Shown: positions 18,033 to 28,782 of the stretch, in pieces | Layout of the letters: each line of letters opens with the position of its first letter | Numbering within the stretch: the first letter of the stretch is position 1 | Source of the DNA: Candidatus Babelota bacterium | Lineage (GTDB): Bacteria > Babelota > Babeliae > Babelales > UBA12411 | DNA length: 64,000 nt | Direction of reading: 5' to 3' | NCBI GenBank assembly: GCA_003511165.1 | Contig: DOJW01000007.1 | Location: 148,324-212,323, forward strand | The notes under the pieces: model-generated | Database searches by the model: none | What the model was told of the DNA's origin: nothing | Seen by the model: the letters and a program-made list of their open reading frames with translations, nothing else | Program-made: the position numbers and the translations under genes

Positions 18033-20321
18033 GTGTTAAGTGCAAAATTAGATTTCAACAATTTTTTAGAAAATGAATTAAACGAGCAACAAAAAGAAGC
18101 TGTAACTCATCAAAAAGGTGCAGTTTTAGTTATTGCAGGAGCAGGAAGTGGAAAAACTCGCGTTATAACAAGCAGAATTGCAAATTTAATTATCAATGAA
18201 AATGTTGATCCAAAATCTATTACCGCATTAACATTTACCAACAAAGCAGCCGGCGAGATGAAAGAACGCGTTGCGTTTTATTTGCAAAAAAAATCTTACA
18301 CTCCTTTCGTCGGAACATTTCACTCTTTTTGCCTAAATTTGCTTCGTACAAATCCATCTATTTCACCATTTGCCCAATTTTCGATTTTGGACGAAGATGA
18401 TAAAACTTCACTTCTAAGAAAATTGTTAAAAAGTTACAATCTCGAAAAACAAATAAATATTTCGCAACTCACCGGGCATATTTCCAGCTTAAAAAATAGT
18501 CAATTAAATTCAGATGATATCAAAGCAACTCCGCCTATATTTCAAGAACTTTACTCCGCTTATGAAAAAGAAAAAAACAATATACATTGCCTAGATTTTG
18601 ACGATCTTCTAATAAAAATTTTAGAAATTTTCCAAAAGAACAAAGAATTCAAAAATAAATTCCAAGAAAAAGCAAAACATATTCTTGTTGATGAATATCA
18701 AGACACAAATAAAATACAACATCTTTTATTGCAAAATATGGTTTTAAATGATGAAAACAAATTGGCAGTAGATTCGATTTGCGCAGTCGGCGACGAAGAC
18801 CAATCAATTTACTCCTGGCGTGGCGCAGTAGTCGAAAATATGATCAAATTCAAACATGATTTTGCACCTGTAACAATAATAAAAATCGAACAAAACTATA
18901 GAACTGTAGAGCCTATTTTGAATGCAGCAAACAAAGTGATCGAAAACAACAAAATTCGAAATGAAAAAAAGCTTTGGTCAACCAAAAAAGGCAAAAACAG
19001 AATTTTAGTTTTAGAAAATAGATCTGATTATCAAGAAGCAGATTCTATAACTAATTTTATAAATTGCTTTTTAAAAGAAAAACCTCAAAATAGTCTTGCC
19101 ATTTTATATCGTACACATTTTCAATCACGAATAATTGAAGAAGCTTTGATTTACAACAAAATACCTTATCAAATCATTGGCGGAATTCAGTTTTATCAAC
19201 GAAAAGAAATTAAAGATCTGCTTGCTTACATGCGCCTGGTAATTAATCCATTTGATAAAATAAGCTTTTTTAGAGTTATCAACACACCTTCAAGAGGTCT
19301 TGGCGATCAATTTGAAAATTTGGTGGCAGAAGAATGGAACAATAATCCATTTTTAGACTTTCAACAAATATTGGATTTAGTTCAAAACAAAATCCCACAA
19401 ACATCCAAAAAAGTTGCTTCCATCCAAGAATTTTTACTTGCATTTAAAAATTTCACACCCAAAAGCAAACCTAGCGATTTTTTAAATCATGTTTTGGAAT
19501 CAACAGAATATTTAAACTACATAAGAACCTTTTATGAAGGCGAAGAATCATTAACCAAAACAGAAAATATCAAAGAACTTTGCCGCGCCATAGAAAACTT
19601 CGAAAATCAAGAAGACAAATTTATGGAAAACAAAAGAAATGAAAAAGATTTAGAAGAATTTTTGGCGGAAGTTTCGCTGATGGAAGAAAGATCATCCAAA
19701 CAAAATAAAGAAGCAAACACTGTTAAGATGATGACACTTCATGCTGCAAAGGGGCTAGAATTTGATTTGATAATCATTATCGGACTTGAAGAAGGTTTGT
19801 TCCCATCTTCGCGATCTCTTTACACCAGCGAGAGCCTCGAAGAAGAAAGACGACTATTTTATGTCGGCATGACTCGTGCAAAAGAATGGATAATTTTATC
19901 AAATGCAAAACAAAGAAACACGTTTGGCCAACTTTGTGAACAATCTCTATCAAGATTTGTAGAAGAAATTCCACAAAATCTTTTTGAAAAAATTATAACA
20001 TCTAAAGACACAACATATTCTCTGCAAGCAAAATTCAAAAGTTTTATATCAAACATAAAAATCGATGCTCCAAAAATATTTTTCGGTGCAAATAAACCAA
20101 TGGATTTTTCATCTGAAAAAAAGATGGTTCCAAAACCAATTATACCCCCAAAATCAAATTCCAGTAATTTATGGAGAATGAACCAACTTGTATCGCATGA
20201 AAAATTTGGCGTCGGAATTGTTAAAAAAATTGAGAAAAAAAGCGAAAATCAATACTTTTTAACAATTTCCTTCAAAATTGGTGAAAAAAAGGTTTCTTCA
20301 TCGTTTTTAAAGAAAATCTAA
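18033..20321 (+). CDS. uvrD: UvrD/PcrA/Rep-type ATP-dependent DNA helicase (SF1A)
   Basis: Walker A AGAGSGKTRV, motif II VDEYQDTN, QNYRT, LHAAKGLEF, YVGMTRAK and a C-terminal VSHEKFGVGIV tail. GTG start. Confidence 0.9.
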   Translation: MLSAKLDFNNFLENELNEQQKEAVTHQKGAVLVIAGAGSGKTRVITSRIANLIINENVDPKSITALTFTNKAAGEMKERVAFYLQKKSYTPFVGTFHSFCLNLLRTNPSISPFAQFSILDEDDKTSLLRKLLKSYNLEKQINISQLTGHISSLKNSQLNSDDIKATPPIFQELYSAYEKEKNNIHCLDFDDLLIKILEIFQKNKEFKNKFQEKAKHILVDEYQDTNKIQHLLLQNMVLNDENKLAVDSICAVGDEDQSIYSWRGAVVENMIKFKHDFAPVTIIKIEQNYRTVEPILNAANKVIENNKIRNEKKLWSTKKGKNRILVLENRSDYQEADSITNFINCFLKEKPQNSLAILYRTHFQSRIIEEALIYNKIPYQIIGGIQFYQRKEIKDLLAYMRLVINPFDKISFFRVINTPSRGLGDQFENLVAEEWNNNPFLDFQQILDLVQNKIPQTSKKVASIQEFLLAFKNFTPKSKPSDFLNHVLESTEYLNYIRTFYEGEESLTKTENIKELCRAIENFENQEDKFMENKRNEKDLEEFLAEVSLMEERSSKQNKEANTVKMMTLHAAKGLEFDLIIIIGLEEGLFPSSRSLYTSESLEEERRLFYVGMTRAKEWIILSNAKQRNTFGQLCEQSLSRFVEEIPQNLFEKIITSKDTTYSLQAKFKSFISNIKIDAPKIFFGANKPMDFSSEKKMVPKPIIPPKSNSSNLWRMNQLVSHEKFGVGIVKKIEKKSENQYFLTISFKIGEKKVSSSFLKKI

Positions 20322-20449
20322 ATATTCACTAAAAACTCCATTTTTCGCATTTTTATTAACACTTAACCCCTACCCGGTTGCATTTTTACCCCCAACCTTT
20401 AAATTGATTTCAAACTGTAAATTATAAATTAAATTCCGTGGGGGAATTG

Positions 20450-21937
20450 ATGAAAAAGTTAATATTAGGTGTTTTCTTATTTTTTGGTCTTTTTGCACAA
20501 GTATCAGCAGGATCCGTGCCAAGATCTGTCTTAGCAGCAATGCTACAAGCAGAACAAGCTAAATCTACAAGCAAATCTGTAGCTACCACAACTACTGCAG
20601 CTCCAAAAGTGAGTAAATTATCTATTGCTCAAGTAGCAACTACAAGTTTAGTTGTACCGCGAACTAGTTTTTGGCAAACATGCAAAAGTGGAACATCTTC
20701 TTTAATGAAAATGGGTTATGATTTTGCTGGCGAACAAATTAGAGACACAGCTTTAAATTCATTACAAGGTAAAACTCAATCAATAACGGCTCAAGTCTTA
20801 TCGGGTACAAAATCAGAAGTTATTTTTAACTGTCCCGAAGATTTCAATTTATCAAAATTTCTTTTTACACTTTTAGATAATTTCATAAAGCAAAAATTAC
20901 CTTATTCACTTCAACAAAAAACAACTCTAAAACCTGAAAATTTTATAAGCTCTAAAGAATATTTAGATGAGTTCAAAAAATTTGCTGATATATTTGCAGA
21001 AGAACATTTTAATATAAAAAAAATAGAACAACCTACAGATTTTAAAACGGCAGAAGAATATCTTAAACAATTAGCTAATTCCGCCCAATATTCTCTTGAT
21101 TACGTTTTAAATTTGATAGCTGATACCCAAATTGAAGCTGATATTCAAGATAAAATTAATGCACATGTTCAAACTATAATTGATACGGAAATTCAAATTA
21201 TAAAAAAAGAAATTAAACAAAATAAACAAGAACCTATTGCTCAATTAAAAAAAGAATTAAAAGAACAAATTGTTAAAAATGGTGAGAAAAAAGTTACTCA
21301 AGATCTTTTTTTCAAAAAATGTTTTGTGCCCGCCTTCATAGAATATATGCAAAAAAATCAAAATGAATTTAACGAGCAACTCATACCTCATATAAATAGG
21401 TTAAAATCTATCGCGATAATTTTATCAGGACCTACAGCCGCAAGCCTACTCCACCAAATGTGTACAATAGGATATGAAAGTTATAAAACAGCTGGACTTT
21501 GGTCTGCTATAAAAGATGGATTAACATTAAAAGGTTTTTTAGAGAAAAATCCAAATCTTGGAACAGATTTAATTGAACAATTTTTACCAAGTTCAGAAGA
21601 TAGCGTAAGTGCACAAATTTGCAGATATAGTTTGTTTAAACAAGCTGATGAAAAATGTTTTAGAGAAGGTGTAAGAGCTTTTGGTACAGGAGTATCTCTT
21701 GTTAAATTTCTAGCAGCCCTAAGCCAAGTCAAAGTAAAACATAATTATTTAGATGTAGCATTTTGCGGCATGGAAACAATTTTAAAAGGATTAACAATTC
21801 AAGACAAGCTTTTGGGTTGTGAAACAGCTTGGCTTAAAAAACCTTTATTTGTTACTCGAGCACTGCATAACTTCACCGAAACTAAAAACTTTTTATTACT
21901 TCCATTAATCGCATTGAAATTATTCTACTCCGCCTGA
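20450..21937 (+). CDS. Hypothetical secreted protein
   Basis: Start placed at ATG 20450 (MKKLILGVFLFFGLFAQVSAG signal peptide); the ORF track begins at GTG 20438. No family recognised. Confidence 0.55.
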   Translation: MKKLILGVFLFFGLFAQVSAGSVPRSVLAAMLQAEQAKSTSKSVATTTTAAPKVSKLSIAQVATTSLVVPRTSFWQTCKSGTSSLMKMGYDFAGEQIRDTALNSLQGKTQSITAQVLSGTKSEVIFNCPEDFNLSKFLFTLLDNFIKQKLPYSLQQKTTLKPENFISSKEYLDEFKKFADIFAEEHFNIKKIEQPTDFKTAEEYLKQLANSAQYSLDYVLNLIADTQIEADIQDKINAHVQTIIDTEIQIIKKEIKQNKQEPIAQLKKELKEQIVKNGEKKVTQDLFFKKCFVPAFIEYMQKNQNEFNEQLIPHINRLKSIAIILSGPTAASLLHQMCTIGYESYKTAGLWSAIKDGLTLKGFLEKNPNLGTDLIEQFLPSSEDSVSAQICRYSLFKQADEKCFREGVRAFGTGVSLVKFLAALSQVKVKHNYLDVAFCGMETILKGLTIQDKLLGCETAWLKKPLFVTRALHNFTETKNFLLLPLIALKLFYSA

Positions 21938-22069
21938 ACCCCCAAGGCCTTTAGCTTTGTAGTGAATGGCGAGTAGAACCCTTCGTAGCTCCATGGGGGC
22001 GAAGTAGGGTTGGCTTCGAAGAATTACGTGTGATACAACAGCTTAAAAACTGTTTCACACTTCATTTTC

Positions 22070-22111
22070 ATAAAAAACAAAAAGGGAAGAGAGTGCAATA
22101 TCTCTCTTCCC
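22070..22111 (-). terminator. Rho-independent terminator for CDS 22141-22797
   Basis: 10-bp stem gggaagagag (22084-22093) / ctctcttccc (22102-22111). A T-run follows on the minus strand. Confidence 0.6.
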
Positions 22112-22140
22112 TTCAGCAAAAAAGATGTTCATCAAACTTT

Positions 22141-22797
22141 TTATGTATAAGGCAACGCCTCATTAAATTCTTCTATCGATTTATCTAGCTTTTTAACTTT
22201 TTCTTTTGTTTTAGGTGGAAAATCCCAATCTCCAATTTTAAAATCTAATTTTTTTGCAAGCGCAATACCTTTGTAAGATAATAAACCATCTTTTGCAACC
22301 ATTTCACCCACAGGAACTTGGGGTGTTATTATCACATCTTTACCCATGACTTTACCATTTGGTAATTTGACTCCATCTCCAGGAACCACAAAATAACCAT
22401 CGGCTGCTTTTATTATTTCAAATAATTTTCCCTGAATTGTTGAATTATCAGGAACATATGGACCTTTCCACTGCTTTGGATATGCAAGATTTAAACATCC
22501 TATTTCAGAACCTGCAAACTCTTTTACGGTTAAAAAATCTATCAAATTTTTATCTGCGCGAATCGACAAAATGTTACAGTAATCATCAACTTCTTTTAAA
22601 ATATTTGATATCTGCTCTACTTCAAATGCTATATGTCTTGCAACGAAAAAAGCACGTCCAAAAACAAACTTATAAACAAAAAATGAAAACAGTAAAATTA
22701 AGAAAAAAGAACTTAAAATTGGAAAAATCTTTTTGACTACAGGACCCGAACTTATTTTATTAACCAATTTTTTAATTTTATTTGAAAACCCTTTCAT
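22141..22797 (-). CDS. Hypothetical membrane-anchored protein
   Basis: Start moved to the internal ATG (MKGFSNKIKK). One TM (IFPILSSFFLILLFSFFVYKFVF). No family recognised. Confidence 0.5.
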   Translation of the reverse strand: MKGFSNKIKKLVNKISSGPVVKKIFPILSSFFLILLFSFFVYKFVFGRAFFVARHIAFEVEQISNILKEVDDYCNILSIRADKNLIDFLTVKEFAGSEIGCLNLAYPKQWKGPYVPDNSTIQGKLFEIIKAADGYFVVPGDGVKLPNGKVMGKDVIITPQVPVGEMVAKDGLLSYKGIALAKKLDFKIGDWDFPPKTKEKVKKLDKSIEEFNEALPYT

Positions 22798-22957
22798 AAA
22801 CCCCTCCCAGCTAAAATTAATTTTGCAAATAACCCCTTCTAGAATGTGATAGCTAATCAATTTTTATCCTTGAATTAGAATACCACCATGGAAGAGGACA
22901 ATAAAAATATTTTGAGAAAAAGGAAAAGAAATCGGATAAATAAGAGACAATTAGATT

Positions 22958-23602
22958 TTAGTATGCCAAAAGTTTGGAACCAAAATCCCAAAAAAGATAG
23001 ATGCCTATCGCTACAAAAATCATTCCTGTAATTTTTGAAACCCGCTCAAGTCCTTTTGGGGTTATCGCAAGTCCTAAAAAGCTAGCTGCAAAGCTTACCA
23101 AAGAAAGGCCACTCAAAGTTCCCAAAAATACAAAACCACTACCTTCCAAAAGTTCTCTATAATGTAAAAAAGATGCATCTTGGGGAAGAACCTTCATACT
23201 CCAAAATGCAAAAAACGCAATATTCATTGGATTTATGAAGGACATTAAGAAAGCTTTGACCGGTACAAAAAAAAGATTTTGCCCTGACTTAATTGGGGCC
23301 GCCCCGTTTTCAACTTGAATTTTTTTTCTGAAAGAATTGATACCTAAAATCAGTAAAAACACTCCCCCTATCAAATCCAAAATCAAAATAAAATTTTTTG
23401 AAGCGGCAAGAAAAGCTAGTACTCCCATCATGCCAAACGCAAAAAGCAAACCATCCGAAAAAGCAGCTCCAAATCCAGTAAACAGGCCAATAATAAAACC
23501 ATAAACTGCAGCCCGATTGAAGGTTAAAATGAAAATAGGTCCTAAACCCAAAGTTGAAAGTAAACCTATAAAATAGCATTTAGATAAGAATAAAATGTCC
23601 AT
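22958..23602 (-). CDS. LysE/RhtB-type amino-acid exporter family membrane protein
   Basis: 214 aa, ~6 TM. N-terminal LGLGPIFILTF....G...G..TGFGAAFSDGLL and a central FINPMNIAFFAF block (compare the LysE NPK motif). Confidence 0.5.
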   Translation of the reverse strand: MDILFLSKCYFIGLLSTLGLGPIFILTFNRAAVYGFIIGLFTGFGAAFSDGLLFAFGMMGVLAFLAASKNFILILDLIGGVFLLILGINSFRKKIQVENGAAPIKSGQNLFFVPVKAFLMSFINPMNIAFFAFWSMKVLPQDASFLHYRELLEGSGFVFLGTLSGLSLVSFAASFLGLAITPKGLERVSKITGMIFVAIGIYLFWDFGSKLLAY

Positions 23603-23698
23603 TACACCACCCTAAATAAATTTATTAAAATAGTTGCAATTAAAATTCACCTTTGTAAATAATTCTACTTTAACTAAGCTTAACATAAACAATGAAAT

Positions 23699-23728
23699 TG
23701 ACGAACAAATAAAGGTAATACTAGAATA
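23699..23728 (+). promoter_or_regulatory. Candidate sigma70-like promoter upstream of glmM
   Basis: ttgacg (23699-23704), 18-nt spacer, tagaat (23723-23728), ~57 nt upstream of the GTG start. Confidence 0.3.
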
Positions 23729-23784
23729 AGAGTCTCGTCAATTGCTAAATTATAAATAAATTTAAAAAAATCTAGGAGCAAAAA

Positions 23785-25128
23785 GTGGAAAACGGGATTC
23801 ACTTTGGAACCGATGGAATTAGAGGGGAAGTAGGAAAACATCCTTTCACTCCGCAAGCTTTAATAAATATAGGTAAAGCAATAGCTGCATGGAGTAAACA
23901 AAAATATAACAGCGAGCCTAAATTTTTAATTGTGAATGATACAAGAATATCATGCGAAAATATAAAAAACTTTATAAAAACAGGCCTGAATTATTTTAAT
24001 GTAAAACATGTTGATGCAGGTATCCTTCCTACTCCAGCAAATTTAGCAATTTTAAAAAACAATCCCGATTTTGATTTTGGTATAGTGATCTCCGCGTCAC
24101 ACAACAAATTTAGCGATAATGGCATAAAAATTTTTGATAAAAAAAATAGCAAACTCAGCGAACTCGATGAGAAAACAATAGAGTTATATTTTGCCGAATT
24201 CTCTGCAGAAAAAGTAAATGAACCCTCTTATTTCCAAGATCTATCATTTTCCCCTAAAACATCTTTAGAATTCAAAGAACAATATAAACAAAATATTTTG
24301 CAGCAAGTGCAGCCAGGTTTGCTTCAAGGTTTAAAAATAGTGTTAGATTGTGCAAACGGAGCTACATATGAAGTTGCCCCAGAAATTTTCAAAATATTAG
24401 GCGCAACAGTGATAGATGTTTCAACATCTCCAAATGGAATTAATATCAATGATAATTGCGGCGCGCTTCATACCAAAACTATGCAAAAAACTATTTTGGA
24501 AAACAACGCAGATTTTGGGTTCGCATTTGACGGTGACGGTGACCGAGTAATGTGCGCAAACCATAAAGGTGAGATAAAAGATGGCGATGATTTACTTGCG
24601 ATACTTTCCACCCATCCACAGCATGAAAATTTAAAAACAGTCGTAGGTACAATAATGACCAATTTTGGCCTTCAAGTTTATCTCGATTCGCAAAATATTG
24701 AATTAATTCGCACATCGGTGGGAGATAAATATATAATGGCAAAACTAGAGGAACAAAATCTTTTGCTCGGCGGTGAAACATCAGGACATATAATCATAAA
24801 AAATTATTTGAATACTGGAGATGGGATTTTTGCAGCACTTAAAACACTTGAAACCGTTCTAAAAACAAATAATTTTGAGCTTCAATCTTTTGAAAAATAT
24901 CCTCAAGTTATTTTAAATGTACCTATAAAAGAAAAACGCAATTTATCAGAAGGCATTTACGCACAAATAATAAATGAGCAACAACAAAAGATGAATCATG
25001 GTAGAGTTATAGTCAGATATTCTGGAACAGAAAATTTACTGCGAATAATGACAGAAGACAAATCTTCGAGTTTAGCTAATAACATTGCATCCACGCTTGC
25101 GCAAGAGCTTCAAAAAGTTTTGAATTAA
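23785..25128 (+). CDS. glmM: Phosphoglucosamine mutase
   Basis: GTDGIRG N-terminus, active-site loop SASHNKFSDNGIKIF, metal loop GFAFDGDGDR, GGETSGH, RYSGTENLLRIM. Confidence 0.85.
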   Translation: MENGIHFGTDGIRGEVGKHPFTPQALINIGKAIAAWSKQKYNSEPKFLIVNDTRISCENIKNFIKTGLNYFNVKHVDAGILPTPANLAILKNNPDFDFGIVISASHNKFSDNGIKIFDKKNSKLSELDEKTIELYFAEFSAEKVNEPSYFQDLSFSPKTSLEFKEQYKQNILQQVQPGLLQGLKIVLDCANGATYEVAPEIFKILGATVIDVSTSPNGININDNCGALHTKTMQKTILENNADFGFAFDGDGDRVMCANHKGEIKDGDDLLAILSTHPQHENLKTVVGTIMTNFGLQVYLDSQNIELIRTSVGDKYIMAKLEEQNLLLGGETSGHIIIKNYLNTGDGIFAALKTLETVLKTNNFELQSFEKYPQVILNVPIKEKRNLSEGIYAQIINEQQQKMNHGRVIVRYSGTENLLRIMTEDKSSSLANNIASTLAQELQKVLN

Positions 25129-25144
25129 ATAGGAATCTAAAAAT

Positions 25145-25825
25145 ATGGAAAATAAAAAAGGAATTTGGAAAATTTTAAACAAATTAAAATCTTTATTTTT
25201 TAGCGGTTTATTCGCTTTAATACCAATTTCGATAACAATATTTTTTCTACACTTTGCTTTTCACACATTTACCGGATGGCTATCACCTCTAAAAAAAATA
25301 GAACCTACATTTTTACAACAAATTCCAGGATTTGAATTTATTCTTATAATCGCTTTTGTAATTTTATTTGGAATAGTATCAAAGTTTTTAATAATAGGAC
25401 CAATCGTCCATCACTTTGAAAAAGTAATTAGTAAAATTCCAATAATTCGAACAATTTACTCTGCATCAAAAACATTAGTTGATTTTTTTAATGTAAAATC
25501 TAAAGAGGACAAAATTCAACGCAAGGTTGTTTTAATTAAATTTCCAACCAAATACACTTTCAACATAGCATTTATTTTAGGCTCAGCAAAAAACACTTTT
25601 CAAACAGTTATACCACCTCATTTACAAACTCTTGAAGATGACAATGATGAATATGTAAAAGTGTTCATGCCTCATTCACCAAATCCAAGCACTGGATATT
25701 TTTTCATAATTCCAAAATCACAAACAATTGAAACAAAAATCACTTTCGAAGAAGCTATAAAAACTGTAGTTTCGTGTGGTCTTATCACACCTGAAAGTTT
25801 AAAAAATCTTGAAATAGAAAAATGA
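25145..25825 (+). CDS. DUF502-family membrane protein
   Basis: Two N-terminal TMs, PIIRTIYSASKTLVDFF and VFMPHSPNPSTGYFFIIPKSQ (the characteristic P-x-PNP-x-GY/F block). Confidence 0.65.
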   Translation: MENKKGIWKILNKLKSLFFSGLFALIPISITIFFLHFAFHTFTGWLSPLKKIEPTFLQQIPGFEFILIIAFVILFGIVSKFLIIGPIVHHFEKVISKIPIIRTIYSASKTLVDFFNVKSKEDKIQRKVVLIKFPTKYTFNIAFILGSAKNTFQTVIPPHLQTLEDDNDEYVKVFMPHSPNPSTGYFFIIPKSQTIETKITFEEAIKTVVSCGLITPESLKNLEIEK

Positions 25826-26871
25826 TTCTTGCTAGGTACATTTCAAAACGATTTTTTATATATTTTTCACTTGTAAACTGTGGACTTACACTTCTTTTCA
25901 ACTTTATAGAATTTTTTGAAAAGTTTTCACAACTGCAAAATGTAACCAATATTGAAATATTGCATTTTATACTTTTGAATTTGATACCTACTTTCTTCGA
26001 TCTTTTCCCACTTGCATGCTGGATTGCAACATGTTTACTTATTCGCGACCTTTATCAAAAAAATGAATTCACCAACCTCCATGTTCTGGGTATAAAATCA
26101 AATAAACTACTCCCCGCTCTTTTTGCATGTGGACTTTCATTATCAATCATCGGTTTTTTTGGCAAAGAATTAATTAGCCGCCCAATCGCAAATAAGTCAG
26201 AAAATTTTAAACTCCAACATTTGAAAAAGAAAAGTAATAAAGTAATTTATAACCAATGGTTTTTACCTACTGATAATCTTTTTGCATATTTTCAAATAAT
26301 TGATCAAGAAAAAAGCACTGCAAACAATATTTTGTTTTTATTTTTCAATGAAAAATTTGAACTTGAAAAAAAAATAGAAAGTAAATTGGCAGTTTTATCA
26401 CCAATCGATCATAAAGTATTTATTCCAAATGCTAATATTTTAAACTTTAAAACAAATAATCTTTATACTTCAAAACTAGAAACCTTTTACCTTCCCGGAT
26501 TGTTTACCCACTTACAAATGCATAAACTTGCACCATCTATAAAACGACAAGCTTACAATTTAAGTTTGATTTATCGAATTTTACCTTATGAAACTTTCAA
26601 TCTCGAACTTGGAAAGTTAATTTCAAAAATTTTGGGATATTTTCAACCACTTTTATACATTTTGTTAACCTTTTGCCTATTTTTCCTAACTCCACAAACA
26701 ATTGTCTATCGCTGGTTATTAATATTTTCTGCGTATCCACTGTTTTTGGTAATAAACAGTATTGCAGATTTCTCTTTGCAACATAATTCGCCATTTTGGG
26801 TGGTAATTATCCCATATCTTCTTGTTTTAATATTTTTAATAATTTTCAGATTTACAATTTTCAAAAAATAA
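25822..26871 (+). CDS. LptF/LptG (YjgP/YjgQ) family permease
   Basis: ILARYISKRFFIYFSLV N-terminus, 3 TM + periplasmic insert + 3 TM layout, 349 aa. ATGA overlap with the upstream gene. Confidence 0.65.
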   Translation: MILARYISKRFFIYFSLVNCGLTLLFNFIEFFEKFSQLQNVTNIEILHFILLNLIPTFFDLFPLACWIATCLLIRDLYQKNEFTNLHVLGIKSNKLLPALFACGLSLSIIGFFGKELISRPIANKSENFKLQHLKKKSNKVIYNQWFLPTDNLFAYFQIIDQEKSTANNILFLFFNEKFELEKKIESKLAVLSPIDHKVFIPNANILNFKTNNLYTSKLETFYLPGLFTHLQMHKLAPSIKRQAYNLSLIYRILPYETFNLELGKLISKILGYFQPLLYILLTFCLFFLTPQTIVYRWLLIFSAYPLFLVINSIADFSLQHNSPFWVVIIPYLLVLIFLIIFRFTIFKK

Positions 26872-26970
26872 TACCTAATTTTTTATAAAAAAATTGCCAA
26901 GCTTTTCAGAAAATGTAGAATCTAATAAGGTAATTTAATGGTTAAATTAAAAGGAAAAAGGAACTTTTTT

Positions 26971-27951
26971 ATGATATCTAAAAAAATACACTCTTTTTTA
27001 GCAATACTTACAATGAGCTCCGCTTTAGTAAATATTAATGCTAGCGGCGAAGCAAATTCTGTAAAAAACATGGTAATCAATGCAACACCTGCAGTAAGAC
27101 TTTACAACGCAGGAAATTTCTACCTTGAAAACAGACTTCCTATAGACGGAATGAACAAAGTTCTTGAATTTACTTTAGAAAACAATGCAGCTGATGTTCT
27201 CACTGAATGGAAATGGAACTACGCTCTTTGCAAAAAAACAGAAAACAAATTTACTCCAGAAAGAATTGGCGGCCAAATCCTTAATTCAACATTCAAATTC
27301 TTCCATTTACTTTCACCAGATTTCGCATACAAAGGCACACCTATCGTCGATGAGTATTTAGCAGAATCTCCTTTCTTTGTGTCGCTTAAATCAGAAGATC
27401 TTAAAACAGTCATTAACTACATAGAATCAAAATTACAAAATAAAGTTGCAGAAATTAAACCAATATTACTTCTTGAATTAGATGACAAAGTAATAACTGA
27501 AAAAGAACTTGCTGCTAACGTAAAAGTAGATAAGAAAGACAAAGAATTCTTAATCTCTCACTTTACACTTGTTACAGAAGATGAAATAGCAGCCGCTAAA
27601 AAATTCTTCGCAACAAGTATCGATAACTTTAGAGATACAGTAAGCACAGTTGAAGGAAGTAGCCCTGAATTGAAATATGCAAATATCAGAGAAACTATCT
27701 ATCACGATTTACTTAAAAAATGTAAAGATTTCAAGATTGAAAAAATTGCAGCTCCTATTTTAGAAGGTTTAATTATCTCAGCTGTTGCGGCTGCGGCAGT
27801 AAAACTAAAACTAGTAAGCAAAGAAGCTTTAACAGCAGCTGCAACTACTATCGTAGCAACAGAATTATACAAATCATTGCGTCACACAGAAGAAGCTTCA
27901 CCTTACAAATCAATGCCTTTTAGAAGCGCAACCGCAAATCAAAGAATTTAA
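26971..27951 (+). CDS. Hypothetical secreted protein with C-terminal hydrophobic anchor
   Basis: Start placed at ATG 26971 after aaaggaaaaagg (MISKKIHSFLAILTMSSALVNINA). C-terminal segment GLIISAVAAAAV. No family recognised. Confidence 0.55.
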   Translation: MISKKIHSFLAILTMSSALVNINASGEANSVKNMVINATPAVRLYNAGNFYLENRLPIDGMNKVLEFTLENNAADVLTEWKWNYALCKKTENKFTPERIGGQILNSTFKFFHLLSPDFAYKGTPIVDEYLAESPFFVSLKSEDLKTVINYIESKLQNKVAEIKPILLLELDDKVITEKELAANVKVDKKDKEFLISHFTLVTEDEIAAAKKFFATSIDNFRDTVSTVEGSSPELKYANIRETIYHDLLKKCKDFKIEKIAAPILEGLIISAVAAAAVKLKLVSKEALTAAATTIVATELYKSLRHTEEASPYKSMPFRSATANQRI

Positions 27952-27972
27952 TTTAATTTAATTCTACAAAAT

Positions 27973-28008
27973 AAAAAGAGGTCGCAAATTTGCGACCTCT
28001 TTTTATTT
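27973..28008. terminator. Bidirectional rho-independent terminator between convergent genes
   Basis: 10-bp stem agaggtcgca (27977-27986) / tgcgacctct (27991-28000), flanked by an A-run and a T-run. Confidence 0.7.
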
Positions 28009-28032
28009 ATAACATCTTAAACTTCTTAGAGA

Positions 28033-28764
28033 TTATTTTTTCTCAATCAATGCTAAAAATTCTTTATTGCCATCTGATCCAAAAATCGGTGAATCAATAA
28101 TTTGTTTTACTTCTAATCCAAACACTTTTACACCCTCTTCAATTTTTTTGATCACCTTTTGATGTAATCGTTTATCTCTCACCACGCCGCCTCGGCTAAG
28201 TTCATTTCTCTCAAGTTCAAATTGCGGCTTTATCAGTGCAATTATCTTCCCATCATTTGTCATCAGATTTACAACAGCTGACAAAACTTTCAGCAACGAA
28301 ATAAAAGACAAATCCAAAGTAACTAAATCCACTTTTTGCGGCAAACTTTGTAACTCTTTTAAGTTAGTCTTTTCGATCAAAACAAATCTCGGATCTTCAA
28401 CTAATTTTGAATTTGTTTGCCCAATTCCAACATCAACACCATAAACTTTGCTCGCGCCACTTTGAAGTAAGCAGTCACTAAACCCACCGGTTGAAACTCC
28501 ACAGTCAAGACAAATTAGTCCCGAAACATCGATTTTGAATTCTTGCAGTGCTTTCTCCAGCTTGTAACCACCACGACCAACATATTTTTGCACAGAAAAA
28601 TCTATTTCAAAATCAAAATCGGCAGGAACTTGCATTCCCGCCTTTTTCAAAACTTCATTGCGCGATTTCACGGCGCCTTGAGCAATCAAATTTTGTATTT
28701 TGTTACGACTCAATTCTGGATATTTTCCCAAAATCAAAATGTCTAGTCTAATTTTATCGCTCAT
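28033..28764 (-). CDS. tlyA: TlyA-family rRNA 2'-O-ribose methyltransferase (S4 + FtsJ domains)
   Basis: RLDILI...SRNKIQNLIAQGAV (S4-like), YVGRGGYKLEKAL, CLDCGVSTGGFSDCLLQSGASKVYGVDVG. Confidence 0.85.
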   Translation of the reverse strand: MSDKIRLDILILGKYPELSRNKIQNLIAQGAVKSRNEVLKKAGMQVPADFDFEIDFSVQKYVGRGGYKLEKALQEFKIDVSGLICLDCGVSTGGFSDCLLQSGASKVYGVDVGIGQTNSKLVEDPRFVLIEKTNLKELQSLPQKVDLVTLDLSFISLLKVLSAVVNLMTNDGKIIALIKPQFELERNELSRGGVVRDKRLHQKVIKKIEEGVKVFGLEVKQIIDSPIFGSDGNKEFLALIEKK

Positions 28765-28782
28765 TAAAAAAATTTCCTTATT

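Noticed and set aside
15066-25128. Two phosphohexomutase genes (15066-16460 and 23785-25128) as a possible redundant duplication
   Set aside because: Their active-site loops differ in the family-typical way (TASHNPKEYNGMK for PMM/PGM versus SASHNKFSDNGIK for GlmM). They are distinct housekeeping paralogs, which is ordinary.
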